From NCBI GenBank assembly GCA_965644295.1, contig CBFFRP010000281.1, forward strand, positions 434,001 to 498,000: DNA of 64,000 nucleotides, read 5' to 3'. Source of the DNA: Paraphysomonas bandaiensis. Lineage: Eukaryota; Protista; Chrysophyceae. This document shows positions 10,601 through 23,502 of this stretch, piece after piece. The position numbers and the translations under genes were made by a program. How positions within the stretch are numbered: position 1 is the stretch's first letter; every line of letters begins with the position of its first letter. The notes under the pieces are model-generated. The model was not told the DNA's origin. It made no database searches and saw nothing but the letters and a program-made list of their open reading frames with translations.

Positions 10601-12177
10601 CGCTGGCAGAAGCAAAGAAGACTCCACAGAGAACATACTGGATTGAAGCTACCAGGAAGGAGGTGCACAAGCTTGAACGAAGGACATGCTGGAAGATTGT
10701 CCGAAGGCCGAAACACCGAAAAATCATAAAATCTAAATTGGTCTTTAAAGTAAAGCGCGACCATCTTGGAAAAATTAAGAAGTTCAAAGTTCGACTTGTG
10801 GCGAAAGGGTTTACTCAAGAACAAGGAGTCGACTATAATGAGACATTCTCCCCAGTAGCTAAAGGTGTATCATTTAGGCTAGCACTAGCACTGGCTCTGC
10901 GATACAATCTGCAACTCCGTCAACTCGATGTAGAAACGGCATTTCCGTATGCAGATCTGGACGAAGACGTGTTTATGTCTCCACCTGCAGGAATAGATAT
11001 TCCACAAGGCTGTTGTTTGAAGATTCTGAAGAGTTTGTATGGCCTAAAACAAGCGCCTCGAAATTGGCATTCAATGCTGAAGGACAGTATAAAGGCGATG
11101 GGGTATAAACAATGTGTTCTTGACCCATGTTTATTTGTACTCAAGGGTACTGATGATAACCTACATATGATACTTGTGTATGTAGATGATATCATTGTGC
11201 TCAGCTCTGACAGCCGTCATATTGAAGAAGTCATCAGCGCCTTTAAGACTCAATATGCCATGCAAGATATGGGGGACCTTAAGCATTATTTAGGTCTTAC
11301 CATTGAGCGTCATAATGGCCAGATTAAGTTACATCAGTCTGCATATGCTAAAGATGTTGTGGCCAGATTCAATCACTTGTTGTCAGAAAAGAAGAGACGG
11401 TGCAAGGCAACCACACCTCTACCACCTGGCCTAAAGTTGTCCAAGGATGCAAAAGAGGAAGAAACTCGAAAACAGAGAGAATACGTTGATGCATTTCCCT
11501 ATCAATCTGTTATTGGTGCCTTAATGTATTTGGCAGTGCATACTAGACCAGACATGGCATATACAGTAAATCTTCTCTCCCGGTTCACCACAAGACCCAC
11601 GTACGCTGCATGTCAAGCTGCTCTGCATACTTTATTGTATTTAGAAAATACAGTTGATCAAGGTATCATATTTCCTAATTTCACAGATGAAGACCCTCTA
11701 TGTGTGTACTCTGATGCAGATTGGGCCGGAGATCTGGATACATGCAGATCCACTACAGGGTATATCGTATATCTGTGGGGTGCTCCAATTGCATGGCAGT
11801 CCAGACTGCAGCCAACAGTGGCTACGTCGACTATGGAAGCTGAATATATGGCTGCATATGCTGCAATTCAGGAGATTGTATGGATACGAGGGGTGATGAC
11901 AGAGCTCGGAATTCGTGGATTTGAGCTCAGTAAGAATGCGTCTCCAACAATCTTGAATATGGACAGCAAGAGTGCGATTGATCTAGCTCAGAACCCGGTA
12001 AATCATAAACGTTCCAAGCATATTCGGATCAAGTATCATTGGATTCGAGAGCAAGTGGGAGGCTGTATCGTCAGGCTGAATCATGTGCCAACGGCAGAGA
12101 TGACAGCAGACGTGATGACTAAAGCCTTGTCCGAGAAGCTGCACTATCAGCATGTGCACACTATGGTATCGCACTAA
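7660..12177 (+). CDS. Copia Gag-Pol polyprotein (2 CCHC knuckles, PR, GAG-pre-integrase, IN, RT, RNase H), 1505 aa
   Basis: CNKCKKLGHFAREC and CEICDIPGHQTKDC; YLDSGC; LWHKRLGH...CNTC; HADGAGE and EMNSLSERTNRT; KVRLVAKGFTQ, LYGLKQAPRNW, YVDD; YSDADWAG, RSKHIRIKYHWIRE. Confidence 0.97.
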   Translation: MAADGNFTNVASGSKVPPFEELNFKKFKKFFTSFLMRHNRAHLVLSKDKPRHIHDLDSTVPAGAHMTDAQKKRLRKAKKLWNTRNETAYSFLMEVCNAHPKAGTTAALYEGSTAKGLLQALEERFLNVEKNTVQAEVTKFNSMKITSSQSGAEFVDSVEAQAKILENLGREVTEDDKLTRLKEGLTDKRYSQLAHSLYTANDVTYARASSLIKGYENTSFGKHALQNSGEDSVNQAVDDSKWKEHKRKGRCNKCKKLGHFARECKTPEHVIKRMKGTRSQRKDRDHRNRGDNKTKLPVCEICDIPGHQTKDCFHLKTAKAAVVSSKRGRDSRRETAPYKNKKKPRVSVHDSEDEAGYESMICVEEEVNLAQSMSDVIYLDSGCNKMILTSKNHMTNLQRADRQMSTANKGKLSIHSVGDVGSFKKVYYAPEASKNLVDMKSITDRGCVVTFDNDEVVIRNKTTNKTLIRQRSVNGLYPVRLEDLLQLGEESSAALEEQGFDDQRILWHKRLGHVNYDKLTESDRRGLVDGINLDKKYFRKKHKKTICKCNTCMRSKLTRKNFRTPRQLMNLDNNPKERGVLSADTMEVLNTPSMEGYKHVLLFKHSDAKHVWAYGLKNKTGSEVLKCMKDMVETQLVKEGLQLRRYHADGAGELVGQHVRQYLRETTSTRTVQVTWTPRDTPEMNSLSERTNRTVKEMALAILLDSGMPSVFWFKAVLHAVYLINRLPTKTTKGYISPFEYITGTAPDVSDLKIWGCKAWAIVPKEQRRKEWKEKGKPGYYMGQCQQPVGHQIYIPDLNAIIVAVNAQFDESIPERSQEYFDEIDNLQIDTSETAESVNDYQYLVGLRHLDGHLCYVTTRVIERRGVIVAYRRLDMKGNTTEEQTPIHIKDVVKMTHSTKCQTDKFNSLRNELDQTCNDSDNEQRTPDRSNRGASSTGGADRNPRTEKRPRKKRHIVNVGVLGDVSLSLDSSNSTIKEPQTLAEAKKTPQRTYWIEATRKEVHKLERRTCWKIVRRPKHRKIIKSKLVFKVKRDHLGKIKKFKVRLVAKGFTQEQGVDYNETFSPVAKGVSFRLALALALRYNLQLRQLDVETAFPYADLDEDVFMSPPAGIDIPQGCCLKILKSLYGLKQAPRNWHSMLKDSIKAMGYKQCVLDPCLFVLKGTDDNLHMILVYVDDIIVLSSDSRHIEEVISAFKTQYAMQDMGDLKHYLGLTIERHNGQIKLHQSAYAKDVVARFNHLLSEKKRRCKATTPLPPGLKLSKDAKEEETRKQREYVDAFPYQSVIGALMYLAVHTRPDMAYTVNLLSRFTTRPTYAACQAALHTLLYLENTVDQGIIFPNFTDEDPLCVYSDADWAGDLDTCRSTTGYIVYLWGAPIAWQSRLQPTVATSTMEAEYMAAYAAIQEIVWIRGVMTELGIRGFELSKNASPTILNMDSKSAIDLAQNPVNHKRSKHIRIKYHWIREQVGGCIVRLNHVPTAEMTADVMTKALSEKLHYQHVHTMVSH
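7661..7672 (+). promoter_or_regulatory. Putative primer-binding site TGGCAGCGGATG, overlapping the first codons of gag
   Basis: TGG directly after the 5' LTR. TGGCAGCGG resembles the complement of a tRNA-Leu 3' end; primer identity not verified. Confidence 0.5.
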
Positions 12178-12225
12178 GTAGACTTGCTCATCACAGTATA
12201 TTCTGATATGTTCATTGAGTGGGAG

Positions 12226-12532
12226 TATTGAACTACAACCAACTCCTACGTGCGTACTTGAAGTTTGGTAAAGTCAATCGCTAGTAGTTATCCTGTATTC
12301 TATGTAGCAATGAAATACAGAATATACATGACTACAGTATAGGAGTAGCTATTACAAGTATACAAAGAAACTGAAAATATAGTAGCTGTTAAAGATATGA
12401 TTTGTAGAACAGAATGTTGATGTTGGTAAATGACGTGGTTCCTAACTCACAGGGCTACAACATCATAAACTTACTATATCTCCTATAATATCAATCAGTC
12501 AATATTGCACTAACTAAAAGCGTAAATTAATA
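12226..12532 (+). repeat. 3' LTR
   Basis: Follows the PPT; identical to the 5' LTR; followed by TSD GATTG. Confidence 0.95.
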
Positions 12533-12710
12533 GATTGACTTTTTTATTAAAGATATGATATAAATCTCTAGGTACAGTGTGGCATGCATTTCACGCTACT
12601 AAAATTTTTGATTTCCTCACTCTTCAAGCCTGCAATTTATAACATTAAGTTGCATTATGCATTGCTTGTTTCATGCACAATGACTAGCCAATTCTTAATA
12701 TCATAGTACT

Positions 12711-14848
<2,138 letters not shown>

Positions 14849-16102
14849 GTATTTAATTTGATTAAATGAGTTTGTATGTATGTATGTATGTGTGTGTGTT
14901 TTAAGAGAGCAGCCTCATGCATATCTAACACACACACTCCTGTGCAGATCCCCATATACAAGGACACCATACATACTGTACATGCATATATACACGTACA
15001 TACTGCACTTAAGAAGTGGAAAGTGTGTGTATAGGAAGTGAATAAGAATTTCTACAAAATATTACTGCTTTCTTGTTTTTTGGCCTCTAAATATATCAGC
15101 TTTTCGAAAATAAATCACCTCAAAACATGCTATTTTCTATGATATGATCTCTATCACAGACTATCGACATGCTGTCATCCATATGAAATTTCATAGTAAT
15201 CAGAAATCTATGAATAAAATTAAAGGAATTTGACTGAATCCTCAGAGTCACACTCTACTATTGGAGAAATACACCCTCTACCATCACACGTACCTCAGAA
15301 ACAGGCTATATACACAGTGTTGAAGCACTTGACTGTACCGGAGAGGATTAAGATAGAGAAGGATCCGTAATTCAGTCCATGAACAGAGAGAGGGTTGTAG
15401 CTGAGCTCCACTAGGCATCTGAAGTACACAATTAAAGAGTATATGGATACTGATAAACACATGCGTGTTATTACTGATATACGTGTATCCTCATTGCTTG
15501 AGGGAGTAACAACCTCAGGAACCCAAGAAATATCTGTAAAGTTTATGATGTCTCTCCGCGCACCCGGCGCGATGACGAGTCTACCCTCTCCAAACTCTTG
15601 GGGTTTGAAAATACCTGAGTTTGGAGGCATTCTACGCCGATACCACCTACCAAACACAGATAGAGGACACTATTGCGGATATGACAGGCACTGTGTATCT
15701 TATAAAACGATTGAAAGAACTACAGAAGAAGATGTTTGCAGTTGAACTCTAGTAACGCAAGGAAGGACGGGTAGCCAAGCAAGTAGATAGGCAGCAGCTA
15801 CAATCCCCACGTTGGATGAGTTGGTGACCTAGACTTTGATTGGAGGAAGGAACCCTTCCCAATTCTGAAGGCATTATTTCTGGTGTTGCCAAAATCATTA
15901 TCAGAGACGGCTCCGGGGATCAATTCGAAAAAAATAGCGTGGTGCGTGGGAATATTAGACGAACTAATGACCGAGACAACTGTCTATTTAGTGTGTACTC
16001 TATATTAATGTGTGCATTTTATTTTATTTTTACACATTTTTGCCTTTGTTATTGTTTTCACGCCATTATAATTATATTTGCGTGGACCTATTTCGTTTAT
16101 TG

Positions 16103-18180
16103 TCATTATAATTGCCGGGAACTGGGCACCCAGTAATAGCATTTACCGGTACTTGATATAACATGCTATATATTAGAATTAAGTGCTTTCAAGATATAGT
16201 ATGTCCACTATACTCCGAACAAACTCTAAACAATGTTCATAAAACTCTACAGTTACTTTGTGGCAACTTAGCGCATTCTCAGCGGCAAACTTAGAAACTT
16301 AGTGATGTATATTATAGGAAATAGTTTCGCAATCAACAACATACTCAACAAATTGAAGTGCCTGCTTCGTTGTGTTTGCAGTTGACACTTTCATAGTTTT
16401 ATGTAGTACGACAGATATATATTATATATATGCTCTGGTAAAGTAATAATAGCCCACAATACAACAAATATAACTGCCGTATTATCTTATTATTCATCCT
16501 TCAATAACCCACAATATATACTGCTTGAAAAAATTCTGGATCATTTTTGTTCGTTATGCAATGATTGCCTAAATCAAAATAGTAAACGAGGTTACACGTC
16601 TTGTATGAATATTATAGCCAAATACGCGAAGCATGCGGATTTTTTTGGTGAGATGAACTCGAGAGAATTTTGGGAAATGAAAGACTTTACAAGGGTGATT
16701 TACTTTTATAATAGTATCTCCTGCTGCGATTAACTTATTACTTTGATGGTTGGAATGGATAGTTATGAACGACGAACCATTTTCTAACATGGAGAATAAC
16801 TATGATTGGAAGAAGACCCATCTCCATGATGGCTATATGTTGAACTATTCGCAGCGCACCCTTACACTCGTGGATAAGAAGTTAAGTAACATGTTACTAG
16901 ATAAATTTGTTCTTGTGTTTGATGGATGGATTAGCGATGATGGTACGTCACATCACTATAATATCATTGCAAGGAAATTCTAGATGAAATTTGGGCTGCT
17001 ATGAATAAACGATTTACCTGGTATTGAATTTACTATTGAATATATATATAATTGAAAATCTGATTATTAAGAAGCGCAAGCTTGTGCGTTGCCGCGACCA
17101 ACCTAACAACTCGCGCGACACTATGCATAACATGACTCTCATCTAGTTACTATTGCATGCACCGACAAGAAGTGCTCAACTATACAACACGATTTAGTTA
17201 GCTACATGGGCATACGACGAGTTGCGTGTTTAAGCCGGATCATACGCTCCTGCCCAATCTACTTGTCCTAACACAAACAACTTGCGGTCGGTGTCTTCGG
17301 CATATGTCTCCTGTATATGCGGCAGATCTTTAGGGCCCTCTTCAAGGTGGTGTTCACAGCAGCAGGTAGTCTGGAAGGGAGAATAAAGTAGCTCTATAGC
17401 GCCGGGTCCTCCCACGGTCACGAAGCGGTCTCACTGGTGCAATTTTGCACACTGACGCATGAAACAGACATCTACCAAAATCTGTTACAAATTCAAGCTG
17501 AGTCCAATGTCTTCCCTCCATTGTGTGCACTCGTCCAAACTTGAAAATTTGACTCTTGCCATGCAAAGAGATGGGACCAACTTTAATACAAAGCCCGCTC
17601 TAGTTATTATATTTGTTGTTATATATGCTGCTACAAGAATTTCTGGCGCTGTATCCATACCTTTTCCTGAGCTGTATGCAAGCATGGTTGCCAGCAGGCA
17701 GTGACCAAAATTCAGGGAAACAATGAAAGTGAGTTGACACAGGCCATGAGAGAAGACGGTTAGACATTTGCAACTGGTTTCATTCATTGATGTTGTTTAG
17801 TGCGAAGAAACTGACTTCACACAGCGTGCTCTGGACACTGGACAGCGCCAAGGTTACCACAAGAGAGCTCGACATTTAGTACCTATATATGAGTCCAACT
17901 GTCGCAGCATTCATGCGTCATAATATCGAAGCGCAATCTAAAGTTGATTATATATAATATGACACCTGGCTGAGCGTCGAAATATGAATCCATATCGTCT
18001 AGAATCATTGCTATATATGCTAGTCCTACGATCAAATTACAACATGATGTTGTGGAATGCTAATGTCCTCCATGAAGTCTTGTGCAAGATCATGATGTGT
18101 GAGTGGAGAGCGAGAAGAATGATGATGTGTAGTTGCTATTCGGTCTGTTATTTAACTAAAGTAGTAATTAAAGGGGCAGC
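16103..18180 (+). pseudogene. Decayed hAT-like transposase (family B)
   Basis: Family-B subterminal motif at about 16103. Fragments EWIVMNDEPFS, FVLVFDGW (catalytic-D region), LTLAMQRDGTN and MNPYRLESLL..LRSN, broken by stops and frameshifts. Homologous to 51638-52170. Confidence 0.7.
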
Positions 18181-18222
18181 ATACTATCTATTAGGAGCGA
18201 TGTTATCTAGAGTTAGTAGGTG

Positions 18223-19524
18223 TCATGACGTTGAAACGTTAATATTACATGTATAGTAGCATGCTTGCTGTATTAAGAAATAGATGTTCCCTGATTAACA
18301 TTAAGAACACAAATGAGAACTCATATAGTTCCAAAAATCAATATAAGTGTGATGATAAATGTAAACAGTTGTAGGTGAAAGAGAGGCTTCTTATTCTCTC
18401 AATTAGCATCATCATCACATTTACATACATCAGGCTTTACCTCTGCAAGTGCACCTGATCGAATGATGTGTGTATGATATGAGGCACACAGTATCCTGAG
18501 GAGCACGATATGGCCCAAACCCTGAAAGAACTGGGTGCCACTGCTCCTAACCACCTATATATAGAATCAGATATGGTACTTAAACTCTCCTGTAATATTC
18601 TTGAAGTTGTTTCGAAGTCCTGGCTATATGAAGATAGATCGCTTGCACTGACATCTTTATGATCTTATTATACAGCAGTCGAAGGATGGAATATAACTTG
18701 AAGTAAGTAACTAATGATTAATGATTAAACTCATGATTGTGGTATCTCTATAATTGTGTAATATTATATATAATGAAATCACGTACATATGACTGTCATT
18801 ATCATAATGAAGATAGAAGTGAGCTTCTGTTGACCCGAATATTGAAGTTGAATGTCTCTATTTGCCCGGTGCTAATCAGGTCAAAGAAAACTTTTATCGA
18901 GACAAAATGGGGATATAGTTATATTTAACCACGGGCAATAAGGAGGCTATATCGTCCCGCGCTCAAAATTTTGAAACGAGGGCGAAAAGCCCGAGTTTTA
19001 AAATTTAGACAAGGGACGATTCTCCTTATCCCTAGGTTAAATTGTAGCTTATCCTCATGACGTTGAAAAGTTAATATTACATGTATAGTAGCATGCTTGC
19101 TGTATTAAGAAATAGATGTTCCCTGATTAACATTAAGAACACAAATGAGAACTCTTATAGTTCCAAATATGGTACTTAAACTCTCCTGTTATATTCTTGA
19201 AGTTGTTTCGAATTCCTGGATATGAAGACAGATCACTTGCACTGACCTCTTTATGATCTTATACAGCAGTCGAAGGATGAAATATAACTTGGAGTTAGAT
19301 GATCTGCTCTTGATATTAGGCTTATGATTGTGGTTTCTCTATAATTGTGTACTATAATGAAATCACGTACATATGACTGTCATTATCATAATGAAGATAG
19401 AAGTGAGCTTTTGTTGACCCGAATATTGAAGTTGAATGTCTCTATTTGCCCGGTGCTGATATGAGCGCCCTGTTGAGTCAAAATCAGGTCAAAAAAAGCT
19501 TTTTTTTGAGACAAAATGGGGATA
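18223..19524 (+). mobile_element. Two tandem copies of dispersed repeat family C (18223-18915 and 19050-19524)
   Basis: Both begin TCATGACGTTGAAA and end GAGACAAAATGGGGATA. The second copy has TATCC(T/C)CAT inverted ends and an internal deletion. Confidence 0.7.
18923..19042. repeat. About 120-bp imperfect palindrome (foldback) with a GGGC-GAAAA-GCCC apex
   Basis: Left arm ATTTAACC..ATAAGGAG..ATCGTCCC..AAATTTTGAAAC pairs with GTTTTAAAATTT..GGGACGAT..CTCCTTAT..GGTTAAAT. Confidence 0.85.
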
Positions 19525-19949
19525 ATAATATTAGTCTTTTCCATAATAATACAGCATAGAAACACCATAGGTTCTGACACTAGTTTTTTTTGTAGGTTGT
19601 TATCATTAAGAATGTCTGACACTGTATTAACTATTCAATCAGTAACATTACGGTGGAAGCGTTGTGCTTGGTAGTTCAAAGTTCAAGATCAGATATTCTA
19701 AATTCTAATTATCTAATTAACTCTAAATGAAACCATATAACAAATTGTAGTTAGAGAAAACAGTACTTCAAATACCAAAGATAAAACAAAAAAACGAAGA
19801 ATACAATATATTGTATCAAGACGAGAAAAAATACATAAAAAACCAAACAAAACAATGGATATGGCAGTGGAAACATAAATTGATAAAATATTGGAAACCA
19901 TCAGCAAAACTTTAGAGCGTTCATTTTTGCTCATGTTGTCGCTCAAGCT

Positions 19950-20975
19950 TCAAAAAAATTGACTGTCTGTTGAATGCATAGAGACGATAGTAGGAGTAGA
20001 GGCTGTGGTGTACGAAGTTGGACTTACTGAGCTACACTGAGATGGCGTATAAGATGTACTCAGGGGTTTGCATTTTATTCGTAATGAGGGGTAGTTATCT
20101 ATTTCGTATTCTCTAAGAACATCGACCAGTGGATTATCGTATTGTCTTGGGCTGGGAGCATGAATTCGCTCCGAAGAGATGCTCGGGTCACGATTAATAA
20201 GGCTACTTACACTACTGCTCAAGGTTCTGAATAGTCCTCTAGAGGAATAGTTTGTAGTCTTCATATCTGTTAGCTCTTTCTTTATTGCAGCCAATCTGGA
20301 GGATAGTTCTTGTCTAAATATTATATCTTTATATTTTGAGCTGAGCACCCGTACATAGGATGCCTCGTTCTGATCATTCCTTCTGCTGCGACGATCGCAG
20401 ATCGTGCTCCAAAAGACCTCACCACAGATCCGACGGCGAAGAGTAGCCTGCAAAGTTTTTACAGGAGAGAATAGTGAAGGATGGCCCTGGCACCATTGAG
20501 CAAACATGCTAGCAGTAATTATGTTGTCGTTACTCAACAATAGTTCAGAAATAGCATGAATATTTGCATCGTCTTTTAAATTGTCTCCATGGATATCTAC
20601 CAGTAGCTTCCGTATATTTGTAGACGTTAAGGTATTGATATTATCGTCGTCATATACAATGAATATGTAGGGTGCCAGTTCACAGGCCTCCAGTGATAAA
20701 AAACACCAAACCAGACACACAAACTGAGAGAAGTTCACACTCTTCGCACCGGCCACCTGACAGAATCTTCGGGGACTGAATATTTTATGCTCCAACCTTC
20801 CGGCCTGTAATTCCAATTGTGTAAATACATTATGAATGTCGACACTATCACAGTGCGGAGGAGAAAAGCCGGAGAACACATCAAACAATAGATTGAGCTC
20901 AGAGTATGACAGTCCAATTTCTTTTAGAAGGACAGAACTGATCGAATCTACTGAAGAGCTTTGACAAGATCCCAT
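19950..20975 (-). CDS. Calcineurin-B/NCS-like protein with degenerate EF-hands and N-terminal MGxC acylation motif (paralog A)
   Basis: Intronless ORF, likely start MGSCQ at 20975; FSQFVCLVW..FIVYDDDNINTL..LLVDIHG..HPSLFSP..ICGEVFW; homologous to the 21689 and 33162 genes. Confidence 0.75.
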   Translation of the reverse strand: MGSCQSSSVDSISSVLLKEIGLSYSELNLLFDVFSGFSPPHCDSVDIHNVFTQLELQAGRLEHKIFSPRRFCQVAGAKSVNFSQFVCLVWCFLSLEACELAPYIFIVYDDDNINTLTSTNIRKLLVDIHGDNLKDDANIHAISELLLSNDNIITASMFAQWCQGHPSLFSPVKTLQATLRRRICGEVFWSTICDRRSRRNDQNEASYVRVLSSKYKDIIFRQELSSRLAAIKKELTDMKTTNYSSRGLFRTLSSSVSSLINRDPSISSERIHAPSPRQYDNPLVDVLREYEIDNYPSLRIKCKPLSTSYTPSQCSSVSPTSYTTASTPTIVSMHSTDSQFF

Positions 20976-21688
20976 CGTAAGAGAGTTAGGATTCAGTGTG
21001 TACTGGGAATCCGCTCCCTTACTCTGATTAGTGGTGTGAACAATGACGAAATATAGAATTCTTTTAATTGCCAAGAGTTTGGTGGATGGTGGATGGAAGG
21101 AATTCTTCCACGTTATCTAACAAATAATATCACAGAATTGTGAAATAAAGGTCTGTGATTTGCTGTCAAAATCAAAGTACGATGTATGGAAAGTTGCAGT
21201 ACAATGGATGTTTAGCTGTAGTACGATCTTACGTGTGTGTGAGTTTCTCTTTTCTGTAGTTTTACGGAAAGACAGATGTACCATCTATACATACCATATG
21301 TACCATGCATACCGTATGTATACCGTATATGTGCTATATAAATATGTACCGTACATATACTTTATATACGTACCATATATACCGTATATATACCGTACAT
21401 ACCATATAATTACCGTACATACCATTCATTCCTATACCAACTCCTAGAAACTCAACGTATAATATCCATGTCCACATACGTACCCCCTCGTCACTCATCT
21501 GGAATGTCTACGACGAGATTTGTATGGAATTGAACGGCTTAAACTCATATATACATACACAGAAGAGTTCCAACGAAACTTATACTCTACTATCTACTGT
21601 GATAAGCTAATGCTTATAGTTATATAGTTTAAAGCTATTATCATTAATAGATTCTGTACTGTAGTATATATATATAGAGTTGTGTATA

Positions 21689-22972
21689 ATGGGAAATTGT
21701 TACACGACTAATGCTTCAAGCACTGCTGCAGAGCTTTCTGCAGGAATATTTAAAGAAATTGGTCTTACTTCCGCTGAAATCAGACAACTACGTGAATTAT
21801 ATACACATATTGACGTAAGTGGATCTGAATGCCTCACACAGGATGATCTCTGTGCGGTATTTAAGCTCCCTCGAACACGTTTCAACTGTACTTTATTCGG
21901 CATTGGAGGAAAAGACTCGAATACACATCTCAACTTCTGTCGTTTTGTGTGTAGTGTTTGGAGTTTTTTATCCTTGGATAGATCTCAACTTGGAGCCTAT
22001 GCCTTTGTGCTTTACGATCAAGCCCACATTGGTAAGCTTCCAGCGGAGAATGTCAGGGCCATGTTGCAAGACATACATGGAGAGAATTACCACAGCAATA
22101 TTATAAAGGCTACTGTTGAATTATTGTTGTACAATTCTGAAGTAGTACCACTGAGTGTGTTCACCGAGTGGGGTAGGGGTCATCCTTCCCTGTTCGCCCC
22201 TCTCCAGATTTTACAGACTACATTGCGTTGTCAAATATGTGGAGAGGGGTTCTGGAAAGTACAATGCAGTCGACGTAGCACTCGAGAGGGTCAGGAAAAT
22301 GCAGCTTATATGTGGAAGCTTGAATCCAAGTTTGCGGAGGCTATGTTTAAACAACAACTTGCGTCAAGACTGGAGGCGATTAACAGGGAACTCGCTCTTA
22401 GTAATTATTCGTCGACTGGTTTAATTCGAGGTATAAGCGGCAGCCTAAGTGGTATAGTTGGTCGTATCCCAAGCATTTCACTAGGTCGTGCACATGTCCC
22501 CAGCCCAAGGCAACAGGACAATGCGTTGGTAGATATACTAGATGAGGACGATGTGATGGATCGCCCTCCACTAAAAATCAAGCGCAAGCCTGTCAGTTCT
22601 ACGTCCAGCTCTACCAAGCAAAGCTCCGTGAGTCCTGTGTGCCATACGCTGTGCCCGACACCTAACAGCCAATACTTTTACAGTCGATCTGATAGTTCGA
22701 ACAAACCCATTGTATACGCAAAAAGTGGTGTCCTGAAGCTACATCGCTATCACCCCTCGAACAAAAGTTTCCGCTCTGAGAATTCAGATATATCGTTGTG
22801 CGATGAAATGGATATATTTAATGGAGATGGGGTATGGGAGGATAAAACAGAGAACTCTTCTATTCGCTCGGCTACTGTTAGATCATTAAATTGCAGCAGT
22901 GATGTTGATGATAGTGGATACTTTAAGCCTCCTATTCAAACTACCTCACTTCCCTCCCAAAGTCTTACATAG
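21689..22972 (+). CDS. Calcineurin-B/NCS-like EF-hand protein, MGNC start (paralog B)
   Basis: Intronless; DVSGSECLTQDD EF-like loop; FCRFVCSVWSFL..YAFVLYD..HPSLFAP..ICGEGFW; longer Ser-rich tail. Confidence 0.75.
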   Translation: MGNCYTTNASSTAAELSAGIFKEIGLTSAEIRQLRELYTHIDVSGSECLTQDDLCAVFKLPRTRFNCTLFGIGGKDSNTHLNFCRFVCSVWSFLSLDRSQLGAYAFVLYDQAHIGKLPAENVRAMLQDIHGENYHSNIIKATVELLLYNSEVVPLSVFTEWGRGHPSLFAPLQILQTTLRCQICGEGFWKVQCSRRSTREGQENAAYMWKLESKFAEAMFKQQLASRLEAINRELALSNYSSTGLIRGISGSLSGIVGRIPSISLGRAHVPSPRQQDNALVDILDEDDVMDRPPLKIKRKPVSSTSSSTKQSSVSPVCHTLCPTPNSQYFYSRSDSSNKPIVYAKSGVLKLHRYHPSNKSFRSENSDISLCDEMDIFNGDGVWEDKTENSSIRSATVRSLNCSSDVDDSGYFKPPIQTTSLPSQSLT

Positions 22973-23424
22973 TTAACGTGACTTCTGCCTCTGTTCTATG
23001 GAAAGGCCTGTTGTTGGTTATCCTTTTTACTTGGTTTTATAAATTGATATTGCCTGATATATTGCGATGACAATAATGCTACATTGCGACGTGATGTGAT
23101 ACTGTGTTTCACCATCCCTTTTTCTTATTCGTGGTGTTTCTGGAACCCTGTGGGACAGCCCTCTTTGCTAAAGTTTGTCAATGTACTTCACCCCAAAGTC
23201 TTACATAGTTAACGTGACTTCTGCCACTGTTCTATGGAAAGGCCTATTGTTAGCTATCCTTTTTACTTGGTTTTATAAATTGATATTGCCTGATATATTG
23301 CGATGACAGTAGTGCTACATTGCGACGTAATGTGATACTGTGTTTCGCCATCCCTTTTTCTTATTCGTGGTGTTTCTAGAACCCTGTGGGACAGCCCTCT
23401 TTGCTAAAGTTTGTCAATGTACTT
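22956..23424. repeat. Tandem duplication, 236-bp period, covering the stop codon and 3' UTR of paralog B
   Basis: CCCAAAGTCTTACATAGTTAACGTG...GTCAATGTACTT starts at 22956 and again at 23192, with few substitutions. Confidence 0.92.
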
Positions 23425-23502
23425 GATATCAGTTTGTCCATTGTTTTTTAACTTAATAAGGCGAAAGTATAATACCACCTTATTTACGCGCTGATCTACA
23501 TC

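Larger units (their letters stand above)
7354..12532 (+). mobile_element. Full-length, apparently intact Ty1/copia LTR retrotransposon
   Basis: Two 307-bp LTRs, identical by eye; 5-bp TSD GATTG at 7349-7353 and 12533-12537; PPT GAGTGGGAG at 12217-12225; single gag-pol ORF with integrase before RT. Confidence 0.97.

Noticed and set aside
15295-15960. Short ORFs upstream of GSR
   Set aside because: Stops in all frames and no recognisable motifs; possibly decayed TE DNA, but unsupported.
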